Shown piece by piece: positions 45,006-56,904 of a stretch of 64,000 nucleotides of DNA (its first letter is position 1; every line of letters begins with the position of its first letter). Made by a program: the position numbers and the translations under genes. This stretch comes from Paraspadella gotoi (taxonomy: Eukaryota > Animalia > Chaetognatha). Location: positions 29,814,876 to 29,878,875 of the forward strand of contig CM119264.1 of NCBI GenBank assembly GCA_051294375.1. Reading direction: 5' to 3'. The notes beneath the pieces were generated by a model that saw nothing but the letters and a program-made list of their open reading frames with translations, was not told the DNA's origin and did no database searches.

Positions 45006-46577
45006 GTTCGTCACCAAAATTTTTCGTCTCATCAGAATTTCAAAGAAGTTATGGATATAAGTTTTTAGCTAAAGAGGAAAAGAGGGTGATTGGGGTGATT
45101 GGGTGATTCAGGTGATTAGTGATTGGTGATTGGTGTAATTTTGTCCAATTGTTTTTAATACAGAATTTTCGTTAACATGGTTTTAATTTTTGTTCTAACT
45201 TTTTATGAGGGGATCTTAATATTTATTGAAAATTTTAAAAAAGTCATTTTAAAAATTTACTATTTGATAAGTGTTACGAAATAACGATCCTGTATATTTC
45301 GGTGAAAACCAAACTTCTCAACTTTGCCCCCAATGCTCTTTTGTTCTTTTTTACTAGCGTCTTTTCAGTGATCACAGCGACATCTTTAGTTACGATTATG
45401 TATTATATTATATATTATATACTTAAGTACAGATTCCTAGAGAGGGAAATGTAGGATTCTGATTGGTTCTTCGGGATTTAGATCGATTCTAATCACGATT
45501 TTCTCGACGTGGAACCTTCAGATCTTGTTAGTCTTTTCACTGAGTTTTTCATGCTTTCTTTAAGACTGCAAATTAATCACTTTAGATATCTCGGAAATCT
45601 CTTATTTTTATAAGATTTGTGATCGCGGGATTGGTGGACCTTTCTTGTGATAGAGGCAACTTTTTTGTACAAATTTGGCTTCAGAAACAAGTAAGAAATA
45701 CTCTTTAAACTTTATATATATTTTCTGAGTTTGCATTAAATGTTTTGTTATCCTTTGCCCGGGACTTCTATCACTACAGCTCATTATCATATATCACTAC
45801 TTGATTTGACTTTGTCGTCATTCATCACTTGAGCGTCTTGACCGGCGCCGTCGTCTCTTCTGCGTCATCTTTCCACGAATTCCTCTCCTATTGAAAGCGC
45901 AGAATTAGCTGAGGAAGTTAGTCGTCAACGACAGCCACCTCTCTGAACTTAGTTCAATACAATAAGGTTATTAATACAAATATATTATAATTTCTGTTTA
46001 AAAGTAAAATATTTCTTTTACTTTATAATTATACTACTCCACGAATAATCATCATTGTAACTTATTTTAAATAATTGTTTTATTCTCGAGAGCTTTAATA
46101 AGGAATAATATGACAGTACGATCACCTAATCCTATTTTTCGCTTAAGATTTAAAAAAAACAGCATAGATTTCTTCGCCTCTATCTTATATTACTATCTTT
46201 ATTAGGATACAATAATTTTTACTCATTTAATCACTAATCGTTTTTTTTTCTAACGAGATTCAAAAGTGAAGACAAATCGGCTAATCCGCTATTGAGCTAA
46301 TCGGCTAAAAAAAAATTTTTCTTCTACTTTTAAAGCTGCGGAATCCTGAGAGCGTGTACGACCAAGAGATTCTTGAGCGGACAAAGGTCGTCCTTACACT
46401 TTCCCACGTCGCACTCTCTCTTCATTCCCTTTGTTCCTTTGTCCGAATTTCCGCTCTTTCCCTTCGCTGCTCTTTTGTCTTTTTTCGACGACGACGACGA
46501 CGACGTTGGAGACGACATCGTGCGGCAGAGTTCGACGCAAGCGGCACACGGACCGCCCGGACCTCTGGCGGGAAAGG

Positions 46578-46609
<32 letters not shown>

Positions 46610-46756
46610 GATAGTAGATAGATAAAATGATGAGAAATAAATATGTGAAAAAAGATTTTGAGAAAAGTTAGAACAGCTGTTTTTCAGATTAGCGGGGTGC
46701 TCTTTCCCCTTGTTGTCATTTATATTAGTTTTTTCTCTTTTTTTAATTGCGCCGTG

Positions 46757-47110
46757 AGTACACGCGGAGCAACTCTATAAGTCACTTTTCGGCCGGTCGG
46801 TCGGTCCATCGGTATGTCTGTCCATCGGTCTGTCCAACTTACGTTAAAAATGCATATACTTTGCCTATAGTTGGGTGCTCTTTTGTTAAGACAGAAAAAA
46901 ACCACCTTCAGGAAATCCGAAAACTTTAAGTACACGCGGAGTCTCTTTTTGGTCGATCTGTTGGTCGATATGTCTCTCCGTTGGTCTGTCCCACTTACGT
47001 TAAAAATGCTCATCACTCGCATATAGTTGGTTGCTCATTTGTTAAAACAGGAAAAAACCTTAAATCTAAGGCACTTCTAGCGCCGCCTTCAGGAAATCCT
47101 AAAACTTTAA
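46757..47110 (+). repeat. Tandem pair of about 175-bp elements with (GTCC/GGTC)n microsatellite, DINE-1/HINE-like
   Basis: GTACACGCGGAG..TCTGTCC..CTTACGTTAAAAATGC..CCTTCAGGAAATCC.AAAACTTTAAG occurs twice; related ACTCTATAA..GTCCGTC segments at 47800-47980. Family assignment is inferred. Confidence 0.45.
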
Positions 47111-47395
47111 GGAATAAAAGACAGAATTTTGATATAGTGCATGTCATGTCATGTAATGTCATACCATATCATGTGATCAAATAAATTCACTGCGGCGCAC
47201 CACATTGGAATCACCGTTCTTATTTTAGACAAATCGATCCTCATTTCTCGGCTGCTAAACTTTCATCCTCAACGTCCGGAATAAAAGTTTAAAAAAATAT
47301 TAAATATTTTAATAGAAATATTAAAAAGTTTTACATCGATTTTCATTTTTTTTTTTTGAAATGTTCTTTGGTTAAAGTAACTAAGACTTCGCAAA

Positions 47396-50300
47396 ATGGC
47401 GTCCGCTTCTAAACCTACGCAGCAATCCAGACATTCAACGTCCGGGTTTTTTCTCTCCGTGGATTCTAAACCCGGAATTCGATTAACGGTGATACTCTTT
47501 TTAAGTCTTTAATCTTATTTGCATATTGTTGTAAAATATATTAATTCATCGAACAATTGCTATATTGTCGCTTTTTACAGTTCAAATTAGCAATAAAAAT
47601 TAAAAATACTTTATAATCGTTATTAACATTTTTGAAATGCAAATTTTAGTATCCAAATTTTTATTTTTTTTAGCGATACAATTTATACATATTAATGATA
47701 TTGCAACTTCCCTCAAACCCTTTTAATTCCTCTTCGGCTACCATTCATGTTAAAATTTTATGCAATATTTATTAGTCGGATCTGATTATCAGCAGATTCC
47801 GACTCTATAATTCGCTTTGTCAGTCCGTCGGTCCCCCCCGCCAAATCTTGTCGGGCATTCACTTAAATCATGTCAGAGCCTCGAACTATGATAAATTATG
47901 CAAAAAAAATGATGTCCCTCCGTCCATCCGTCGGTCCGTTCGTCCGTCCGTCCTTCCGCCTGTCTGTCTGTCCGTCCCACCTTAGCAAAAAACACCAATT
48001 ACTCGTGATTGGATGGTTAAATTGGAGTGAAATTTTGTTTGTGGGTGGGAAACTGTGTGATTGAGCTGGATATAAAATTTCAATGGAATCGTCTGAGTGG
48101 TAATGAGTTTAAATGAATAAATCATAAGTCACTTTTACTTGAATGTTTTTGCTTATAATTTTTCTAATTAATCATAATTGTATAAATGGATTGAGATGAA
48201 ATTGTGTGCGTGTGAAGGAAAATTAAGTGCTTGAACTGAATATAAAGTTTTGATGAAATTATGCCAGTTGACCAAGTTATACAAGTTGACCAAATTATGC
48301 CAGTTGACTAAATTATGCAAGTAGACCAAATTATGCCAGCTGACCAAATTATGCCATTTGACCAAAGAATACAAGTTGATCATATTAAGTCAATTTACCA
48401 AATTATGCCAGTTATCCAAATTATCCCAGTTGACCAAATTATGCCAGTTGACCAAATTATTCAAATTGACCAAATTATGCCAGTTGACCAAAGAATACAA
48501 GTTGATCAAATTAAGTCAATATACCAAATTATACCAGTTATCCAAGTTATCCCAGTTGACCAAATTATGCCAGTTGACCAAATTATGCAAGTTGACCATA
48601 TTATGCAAGTTGGTATTGGCGCAGCGACTGGTAATGATTGATGGATCAATTGATTTACAGTTTTCTTTATAGATTTATTAAGAAATCTGTTATGATTTTT
48701 TAAGTTATGATTTGTTATAATCTGTTAAGATTACAAATTTAAAGTCAGAAAGAGTTGTCGTTATTTATCATCGGTTTAGCTGATTACCACTTAATTATCG
48801 TAGGCAGATCCAACATTGTTTGCTCAAACTTGTTATTATGATATTATATTATATTATGATACATGTGGATAAGGCGCTACGTGGGCTGAAGATGACTGTC
48901 CGTAACTTCTATAACCCCCTCTAGCAGCCATGGAACGGGTCCCTGGGCTTGGAACCAGGCTTGAGGGTTTGCCATGCCCCAAAGGCGACTTACGGCTTTC
49001 CTCACTCTTCCCGCAGGGTAGGTATTGGGATTGAACCCGGTACCTAGTGGTCATGAGCTGATGGCTTTACTCAATGAGCCACTGGGTTACAACTGAAAGT
49101 GTCATGATTCTAGGCGGGGTGAACCTAGGCAATGCCCGACTACATACATTGATAAGTGTGATAATGAGAGTATGAGACAGCTTAGTACATGGACTTTAGA
49201 CAGTCAGTACTTAGTGGAATTAAAAATTTATATAATATATTCCGTTTCCAAGTACCAATAAATATATTATAGTATTTAGTGTGCACAATTCGGACACAAC
49301 AACCTCCCCCGTCCGCCCGCCTTCAGGCTCTCCTCGGCCTCCAACACTTCTCGCTCTATTCGCCTCCACCGCCACGGGTCCGACCTCCTTGCTCCAGCAC
49401 TCTGTGCTCTCAGACGATGGAGTCGCCTTCGGTCAGGCTCTGTCGACGGTCGTGTTCGCCTCTGGAGTGGCTACTCTGCTCCAGTGCCTCGTAGGAGTGA
49501 GATTGCCCATCGTGCAGGGTTGTGTATGACGGTCTCTCTGTCTGTTTATATATTTTCGTCTTCCTTATATTGGAATTTTTTTTTCGTGATAGTACATATA
49601 CAACCTCATATTCTGCTGATACGGAGAGTATCCATTTTACTGTTAGTCAGAAAAAGATAATATTTTTCATATTTTTCATATTTTTGCTTGACTTGAATAA
49701 ATTAGGCATTATAATGCACTTCCGTTGAATAAATGAGGGAAATAATAATTTTAAACTTCTAAATTATCTGATTATAAATCTATGATTAATTAATAAAAAT
49801 ACTACAATATGCAAATAAGATTAAAAGACTTTTAAATCTTAATTAAACCCTACCATATATTTTTTTTATAAATTGTTCCAGGTCTCCTCGGTTTCCTACA
49901 TGATTCCCGCCGTGGTTATCTTGAATTCGCCCGAACTGCGCTGCCCTAAAGAGGCGTCCTCCGACGCCGCCGCCACCGCCGCCACCGCCGCTGCAGCCGC
50001 CGCCGCTTCCTCTCTCAACTTAACCTCTTCCAACTCCACTCTCCCCTCACCTCCTTCCCTCACCTGGCAACGACGCCTCTGCGTCGTGCAAGGCTCCATC
50101 ATGCTGGCGTCTCTGCTGGAGATCCTGCTGGGGTTCTCCGGCCTGCTGGGGAAGCTGCTGCGGTTCATCGGGCCCCTCACTCTCTCTCCGACAATCTTCT
50201 TGATCGGCATCTCCCTCTTCGAAGCGGCGGCCGAGGAGGTGGCCAAGGATTGGGCCGTCGGCGGCGTCACCGTCGTTCTCATCGTCGTCCTCTCTCAGCA

Positions 50301-53139
50301 CCTGCGAGGCGTGGAGGTGCCGGTGCCCAGATGCAGACGGAGTTGCCGAGGAGGTGCGGAGGAAGGCGCGAACAACGACGGATTCGAAGGAGAGCCGATG
50401 GAGGATGCGAACAAAGATGCGAACAAAGATGCGAACAAAGAGACGAACAACGCAGCGATCGAAGACAATAACGAATTCTCCTCCTCCTCCTCCTCCTCCT
50501 CTCGCCTCCCCATCTTCCTCCTCTTCCCCGTCATCATCTCCGTCATCGTCATGTGGATCATCTGCGTCATCCTCACTTTTTCCGGAGCCTTGGACCACAA
50601 CGACGAAGACAACAACAACAACAACGATTCCGGTTCCAATGTCTCGTCAGCGTCGAGTCATAATCACATCCTGAGGTTATTGATTTTCTTGTTGATCTCA
50701 TTAACTGCACTATTTTCCGAAAGATCCCCATTTCTGTTTTTTTGTTTTGTTTTTTCAAATTTAAACAGATCCTTAACCCATAGCCTAATCTAACCTAATC
50801 TTTAAAACTGAAAATTAACTTAATTAATTAATCTTTTAAAAAATATTGCCCTTGAAATATCATCTTTAGCGATATTTCTTTTATTATCCTATTAAATTTA
50901 TATATTTTTTACATCAATAACTAATTATTTGTCGACGATGTTCTTGAACTTTAAATCATGATTTATCATTTTATGTTAAAGATCATTCCAGTATTTCAAA
51001 AAATTGACGATTTTCTCTCCGAACTTCAGCGTGACCAGGAAATGGTCCGCCGTCGACGCCGCCTCTTGGATCTCCGTCCCTTACCCTTTCCAATGGGGCG
51101 CGCCGGTTTTCGGCGTCGACGCCGCTCTGGGGATGCTGGGCGGCGTCGTCGCTTCCATCTTCGAGTCGGTGGGCGACTACTACGCGTGCGCAAAGATCTC
51201 GCAAGCGCGGACGCCGCCCACTCACGCCCTCAATCGCGGAGTCTTCGTTGAGGGCGTCGGAGTCTTCGTCTCGAGTCTCTTCGGAACCGGAAGTGGAACG
51301 ACGTCGTCGTCGGCGAATATTGGACTCATTAACGTGACGAGAGTGGCGAGCAGGCGGGTGATTATGGTGAGTGCCTTGGGTTGGTGATTATGGTGAGTGG
51401 CTTGGATTGTGATTGTGGTGAGTGGCTTTGGTGTTGTGTATGGTTGGATTGGTGATTGTGGTGAGTGCCTTGGTGGTGATTATGGTGGAGTGGCTTGGGT
51501 TGGTGATTATGGTGAGTGGCTTTGGATTGGTGATTGTGGTGAGTGGCTTTGGATTGGTGATTGTGGTGAGTGGCTTGGGTCGGTGATTATGGTGAGTGGC
51601 TTTGGATTGTGATTATGGTGAGTGGCTTTGGTTTGTGAATTGTGGTGGAGTGCCTTGGGTTTGGTGATTATGGTGAGTCGCTTGGGTCCTGGTGATTTAT
51701 GGTGAGTGGCTTGGGTTGGTGATTATGGTGAGTGGCTTGGGTTGGTGATTATGTTAAGTGCCTTGGGTTGGGGATTATGGTGAGTGCCTTGGGTCGGTGA
51801 TTATGATGTGTGGCTTTGGTTGGTAATTATGGTGAATGGCTTTGGATTGTGATTATAGAGGAGTGGGAGCTGATTATTGTGGCTTGGTGATTTACAAAAG
51901 TTAAAAAATCATGTTGGTGAGTGATTGGTGTTTTATAGATTGTGAATTGAGACTGATTGAGCTGCCACTGGATTGTGTTTGTGAATGGCAAAGTTGATAA
52001 TTATTGTGAATCCGTGACTGTTAATGATCACATGATGAGTGGAAAAGGAAAAGGAAAAGTCAAATTGAGAAGAGTGAATGTAGTTTGGTATTTAAGAAGC
52101 GGAAAATGATGGGGAGACCTCAAATAGCAAGAGTGGATGGTGATCAAAGATAAGACCCCCGCTCCCTTTTCCTCCGCCCCCCGCCCCCCGACCTTCCACC
52201 CCCTCCCTTCCTCCTTCAGGCGTCGGCCTGCTTCATGCTCATCTTTGGCGTCGCGGGGAAATTCTCCGCCTTCTTCGCCACGATTCCTGATCCAATTTTC
52301 GGCGGACTTCTCTTCTTCATCTCGGCGACGATCATTTCCGTTGCCTTCACCAATTTGGAGAAGGTCGATCTCAAGTCGTCCAGGTTGGTTCGAAGGCGCG
52401 GAATGGGTCGTCAGGAGTGGATAGAAGGTTTAAGGGTTTTTTGTTGTTTTTGTGTGAATAAACGATTCACGATCAACGTGAAGAAAGAAATGTGAGAAAA
52501 GATATTTTTGCGGTAATTTTTGGCATCGTATTTTTATTCCTCCTCCTCCATCTCTTTCCCCCTCTCCTCTTCTAACTGTCCTCTCCCCCCTCTCTCTCCT
52601 CTCCCCTCCCCTCTCCTCCCTCCTCTTTCTCTCCTCCCTCTCCCTCACCTCCCTTTACCTCCTTCTCCCTCCCCTCCCTCTCCCCCCGAAAGGAAACGTT
52701 CTCCTCCTCGGGCTTCTCCATCTTCCTCGGTCTCTCCCTCCCCCATTGGTTCTCCGCCCACCCCGACTCCCTCTCCACGGGTCTCGACGAGACGCTGGAC
52801 TCGATCCTTCGCATCCTACTCAACACTCCGATGTTGGTGGGCGGAGGCGTGGCCTTCCTGCTGGACAACACCGTCCCCGGAGGGAGAGTGGAGCGAGGGA
52901 TGGAGGACGAAGGAGCGGACGAGGAAAGCGGAGCGGAATCGGAGAAAGAAAAAGAGGAAGAAGCGGTCGACGTGGAAAAAGCGGAAGGATGGAAGCGGTC
53001 GGACCAAGACGGAGAAGCGGAGAAGCGAATTTCCGCTTTCGCTCCTTCGAACTACGATCTTCCGTTCGGTCGAGAATTTTTGATGAAAAGAAAAACTATT
53101 TCGAGTTTATTCCCGATTTCTCCGACTTATAGAAAGTGA
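47396..53139 (+). CDS. SLC23/NCS2 (nucleobase-ascorbate transporter) family member, 6 exons
   Basis: Exons 47396-47488 (MASASK..LSVDSKPGIRLT), 49327-~49520 (ALLGLQH..SGVATLLQCLVGVRLPIVQ), 49882-50675 (QGSIMLASLLEILLGFSG..LRFIGPLT..LFPVI), 51030-51366 (PYPFQWG, ESVGDYYAC, NRGVFVEG, SSSANIGLINVTRVASRRV), 52220-52383 (GKFSAFFATIPDPIFGG), 52693-53139 (AFLLDNTVPG..ERG..YDLPFG..PISPTYRK*). A few 1-bp indels. Confidence 0.92.
48255..48612 (+). repeat. 18-bp minisatellite with 126-bp higher-order repeat
   Basis: Unit GTTGACCAAATTATGCCA; the variant block GACCAAAGAATACAAGTTGATC.. recurs at about 48360 and 48486 (7 units apart). Confidence 0.85.
48900..49086 (-). mobile_element. tRNA-derived SINE-like element in SLC23 intron 1
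   Basis: Minus strand reads CCCAGTGGCTCATTGAG (A-box-like) ... GGTTCAATCC (B box) with tRNA-like spacing but no closed acceptor stem, followed by a GC-richer body in AT-rich surroundings. 3' boundary approximate. Confidence 0.5.
51358..51860 (+). repeat. About 26-bp tandem array of SLC23 exon end plus donor
   Basis: Unit GTGATTATG|GTGAGTGGCTTGGGTTG, about 19 copies. Confidence 0.85.
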
Positions 53140-53482
53140 ATCTGTTTGTTAACGTTGAATACAATTATTTGTCACTTTGTACATTAAATAGTATACGTAA
53201 AATGAATCGTAACCATGTCATGTGACTTAATTTCTGGTGTATATATATATATTATATACTTTTCTACTTTACTACTTTCGTGGAACAAAAAAAAACAAAC
53301 AATAATCCGATTTCCCTTCTGTTTTTTTTTTCTCCGCCACTAGAGGCGCTGCGTCTCCCGACTAATTAGGCTTATAATCACGCGAGTGACGCTAGTAACT
53401 AAGATCAACGGACTTTGACGAACGCGTTATAAAGGGCGGCGTGTGAAACGAAAGATACAGGGGACGCCACGGNNNNNNNNNN

Positions 53483-53777
53483 CCACCCTGCCGGGAATCG
53501 TCAACCATTTTTCCTTCCACTGTTTCTCCAAGCATTTACGATGAGCCTCTTTGATTTCTCGTTCTCGTTTCTCCTCCAGCGTCAAGGATTTGTCGCCGGA
53601 TTTGTCTGTGGATTTATCGGATTTGTCGTGGGATTTGTCGTGGGATTTGTCATGGGATTTGACGCCGGTTTTCTTGGCGTCGTTTAGTTTGACGCCGCCG
53701 GTTTTCGGCGTCTTGTTCGCATTGATCGCCGTTGATTTTGATCTGAGGCCGAAAGTCTTGAACGGCGTCGTTTTAAG
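53483..53777 (-). CDS. Isolated probable coding fragment between gaps (KSHD repeats, charged helix)
   Basis: Open GC-rich frame KTTPFKTFGLRSK..KSHDKSHDKSHD..EEKREREIKEAHRKCLEKQWKEKWLTIPGR bounded by N gaps; no family recognised. Confidence 0.4.
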
Positions 53778-53802
53778 NNNNNNNNNNNNNNNNNNNNNNN
53801 NN

Positions 53803-55880
53803 AGAAGTTTCCACCAATAAGAATCCAGCGGATCTGTGTTCCCGTGGTATTGATGCAGATGATTCTGTATCCTGGAAGTTTTTGCATTGTGGTCCCGAGT
53901 TTCTCTGAGTTCACCTTTCACTCTGGCCTATTGTAAGAAGCAAAAGGATCTGTTGTGCAATGCAACTTAGTGATTTTCAAGTGCTGACATATCTGAGGAC
54001 GGGCATCTGTTCTCAGATTGTTCTCAGATGTCTTTGAGAAAGTATGGCCTCAAATGATGACATCTGCCCATGGAGAAGTTGAATCAAAGAGTTTTGACTA
54101 TCTGCTGCTTCCTTTTGAGAAACACTTTCAGGAGGGAAACGCAAGCCTGGTCCTTTGTGACACATTTGAAGAATGAGTGAGCTGGCGACATGTGAAGAAG
54201 TCGTGCTTCAACTGCTCCAGGAGCAACTATTTTGGATAAAGACGAGTGTGACCTATCAGCTTCAGCCAAGCTATACGCCTTCGAGTTTTCTCAGCGCTGC
54301 TTAGAGCGTACAAAAAGTCTTGTCCCTTCACCGCATTAGACCCATTTCATCTGGAGTAGTGATCGGTCCCTAGAAGAGGTTGTGGGTGGCCGACTCGAAG
54401 CCGCTTGTTGGAGAAGAGTATAGATCTGAGAATCGAATCATTTTGCCTGCCTCCTTTTCCGTATCACAGATGATCTCCATTGGCGCCACTGTCAGAATGC
54501 GCATACGGGCCTGACCAGATTCTGGCAAGGTTGCGGCGCAAGTTTTTGGATCATGCAGGGTCGTGACTACTATTCAGCGATGTATATCGTGACGCGTGCC
54601 AGACGGCTTGTGGAAATAGCGTGGCTCGTGATAACATATATGTGCAGCAAAAGATTGGCTCCTTTACTGTTCTGCGTGTTGGCTTGGCTTATCCTTTTGA
54701 GGTGACTGGAAAGTGGATTTGTTTTGGTCCTTCTATGTGAAGTCAGGACGTCATACTCCAAAGCGTATAGGTGAGCCCTTTTTTACTTGTCCAGATGCGT
54801 GCTATCCATTTGGAACCTCTGAGGGAGATATATCAACTCCTGAGTGTTTATGCAATGCTTTGAACGTTTCGTGCTCGACGCCCTGGTGTCAAGGTTTTTG
54901 GGAGCGACAATGGCCCAACTTCGTGGTGCAACCAAAGAGTTGGATGTGCTCTACACAGGTGGAACAAGAGGCCGAAGAACAGTTCAAGCATCATCGTATA
55001 AGTGGCTCTCAATCCTGCTGAGGCGCCATTGGGGAGGCGCCTGGGAATCTCTTGTCAAGATTACAAAGAAGCGTTATTGTCCCTTATTCAGGGAAAAGAC
55101 GTCATCGGACATCGTGTTATTGGTAAACACTAAATCTGCTCAGTGGAGAACATTGTGAATTGATGTCCTATTACGAGGAATCTGAGATGCCGAAGGACTC
55201 CGCAGTCGCGCGCTTTCCCCAATCCATGTTGCTGTATCCCGTCTTCCTTGCCCTTTGGGTGCGTCGACTCTGACTGGTTCTTCCGATGTCTGATGGACAG
55301 TGCGCGCCGCACTGGCATGGCAGCAGCTACGTCCCATTGCTGATGTAGTTTTGGGAAGCGGTGGACGTATATGAACTATATTGCGAGCTGCAGCAGGCGC
55401 CAAAGAGTGGACGGAAGTCACCCGCAATACTCAAAAAGGGTGCGACATCGTTATCATCGCGAACGACAATCTACCTCGGTCCATTGGAGTCTTGCCCATT
55501 ATAGAGGTGCTCGCTACGGGGATGGCACCTCATGTGCGCCCAGTGTCGCGAGTCGTACGGCAAGAACTGTCTGTGTACGAAGGATTGCTCCATAGCTGTG
55601 TCCGCTCCCTCGAAGTGCCATGAGAAGACGGAGGAGAACTTGATATCTTCTGAATTCTATCAACGTTTAGATTTTTATCTTGTACAGTAGGTGACATTTT
55701 TTATCGTAGATGTTTTTATCCCATTTTTATCGTAGATGCCTTTTACTCATTTGCTTATTTATGTGATGGTTTTATCATTTTTACGTATGAATTGTAGTTC
55801 CCATAATTTTTTATATGCATAACGCCATCTTTTTATTTTTCGCTATATATTTATCAAGGGAAACCGATGGGCGGGGTATG
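53803..55880 (+). mobile_element. Degenerate BEL/Pao LTR retrotransposon, 3' pol/integrase remnant
   Basis: Frame-broken motifs resembling BEL/Pao: HCGPEFL, VGGRL, HWGGAWESLVK (compare PHFGGLWE), then KRW..Y..QKW..DIVIIANDNLPRS.W.LA.IIEV (DUF5641-like). Polypurine tract-like GGGCGGGGTA followed by TG at about 55869-55880 may mark a 3' LTR start. Confidence 0.7.
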
Positions 55881-56677
55881 GAGAAAGCGATCGCTTTTTA
55901 TTCGCGTATAATTGTTTAGTTTCGTTTAGATCGATAGAATCATTTGTTTCCGTTGAATATCTGAATTTACTTTCCCCGCGATCACTGTTGCGAGAGCTAA
56001 CTAACGAAGCGTGTTTACAGTTTTATCTCATGTCACATGTCTTTTCTCTCAATTCAAACACGTTCGTGTAAATGAAAGGAAAAATACCTTTAATAATGCT
56101 TTTGTATACGTTTTACTGTCAATGTTTTATTCTCTATTCATGGAACACCATGAATTGAAAGGTTATTTACATTGAGTTTGTATCATTAATTATGTTAAAT
56201 TGAATGGATTGTCTTATGCTTGCTTATAAGTTTAAGGATTTAAAGTTATTTTAAAATCTTAATTTAGCATTGTCTATTTTGTTTAGTAGCTTTTAACTTG
56301 CCTCTCTTGCAACTCATCTCACTTGACCCCTTCTTGCTGCTACCTGTCCTAATCTTACCCATTGCTTACCATGAATATTTGTACCTGAAGGATTGGGTAA
56401 ATTGTATTATCTCATAAATGTGGTTACTATTGTCTGCTTTTCATGTACATGGTTCTAGAGAATACAAGGTTCATAGTTAGGTGTGTCTTGTCATGTTAGA
56501 ACTGTTTGGTATTCCAAAAGATACTTAATTTGGAGAGCAGTTTGAACACGTGATTTGAATTCAATAGATTTAATTGAGGTGCACAAATTAGGGCACTCTA
56601 AAGATAAGATCGAAACTTAGACTTTCGTTTTATTGTCGATACGGGATCTATCTTAAGTCGGCGCATCTAAGAAGGCG

Positions 56678-56752
<75 letters not shown>

Positions 56753-56904
56753 ACATCAAACCCAACCATCCCCCTCAGCGCTTAGGAGAATTCTTTTTCT
56801 TTTCGCTCAAATTGCTTCCCGCGTCTTTAAATCCTTTGCGTGAAATGGAATTGACATCTCCGCCAGTTGTTCCTCGAGTTAAATGTTTAATTCCATTGAA
56901 TATT

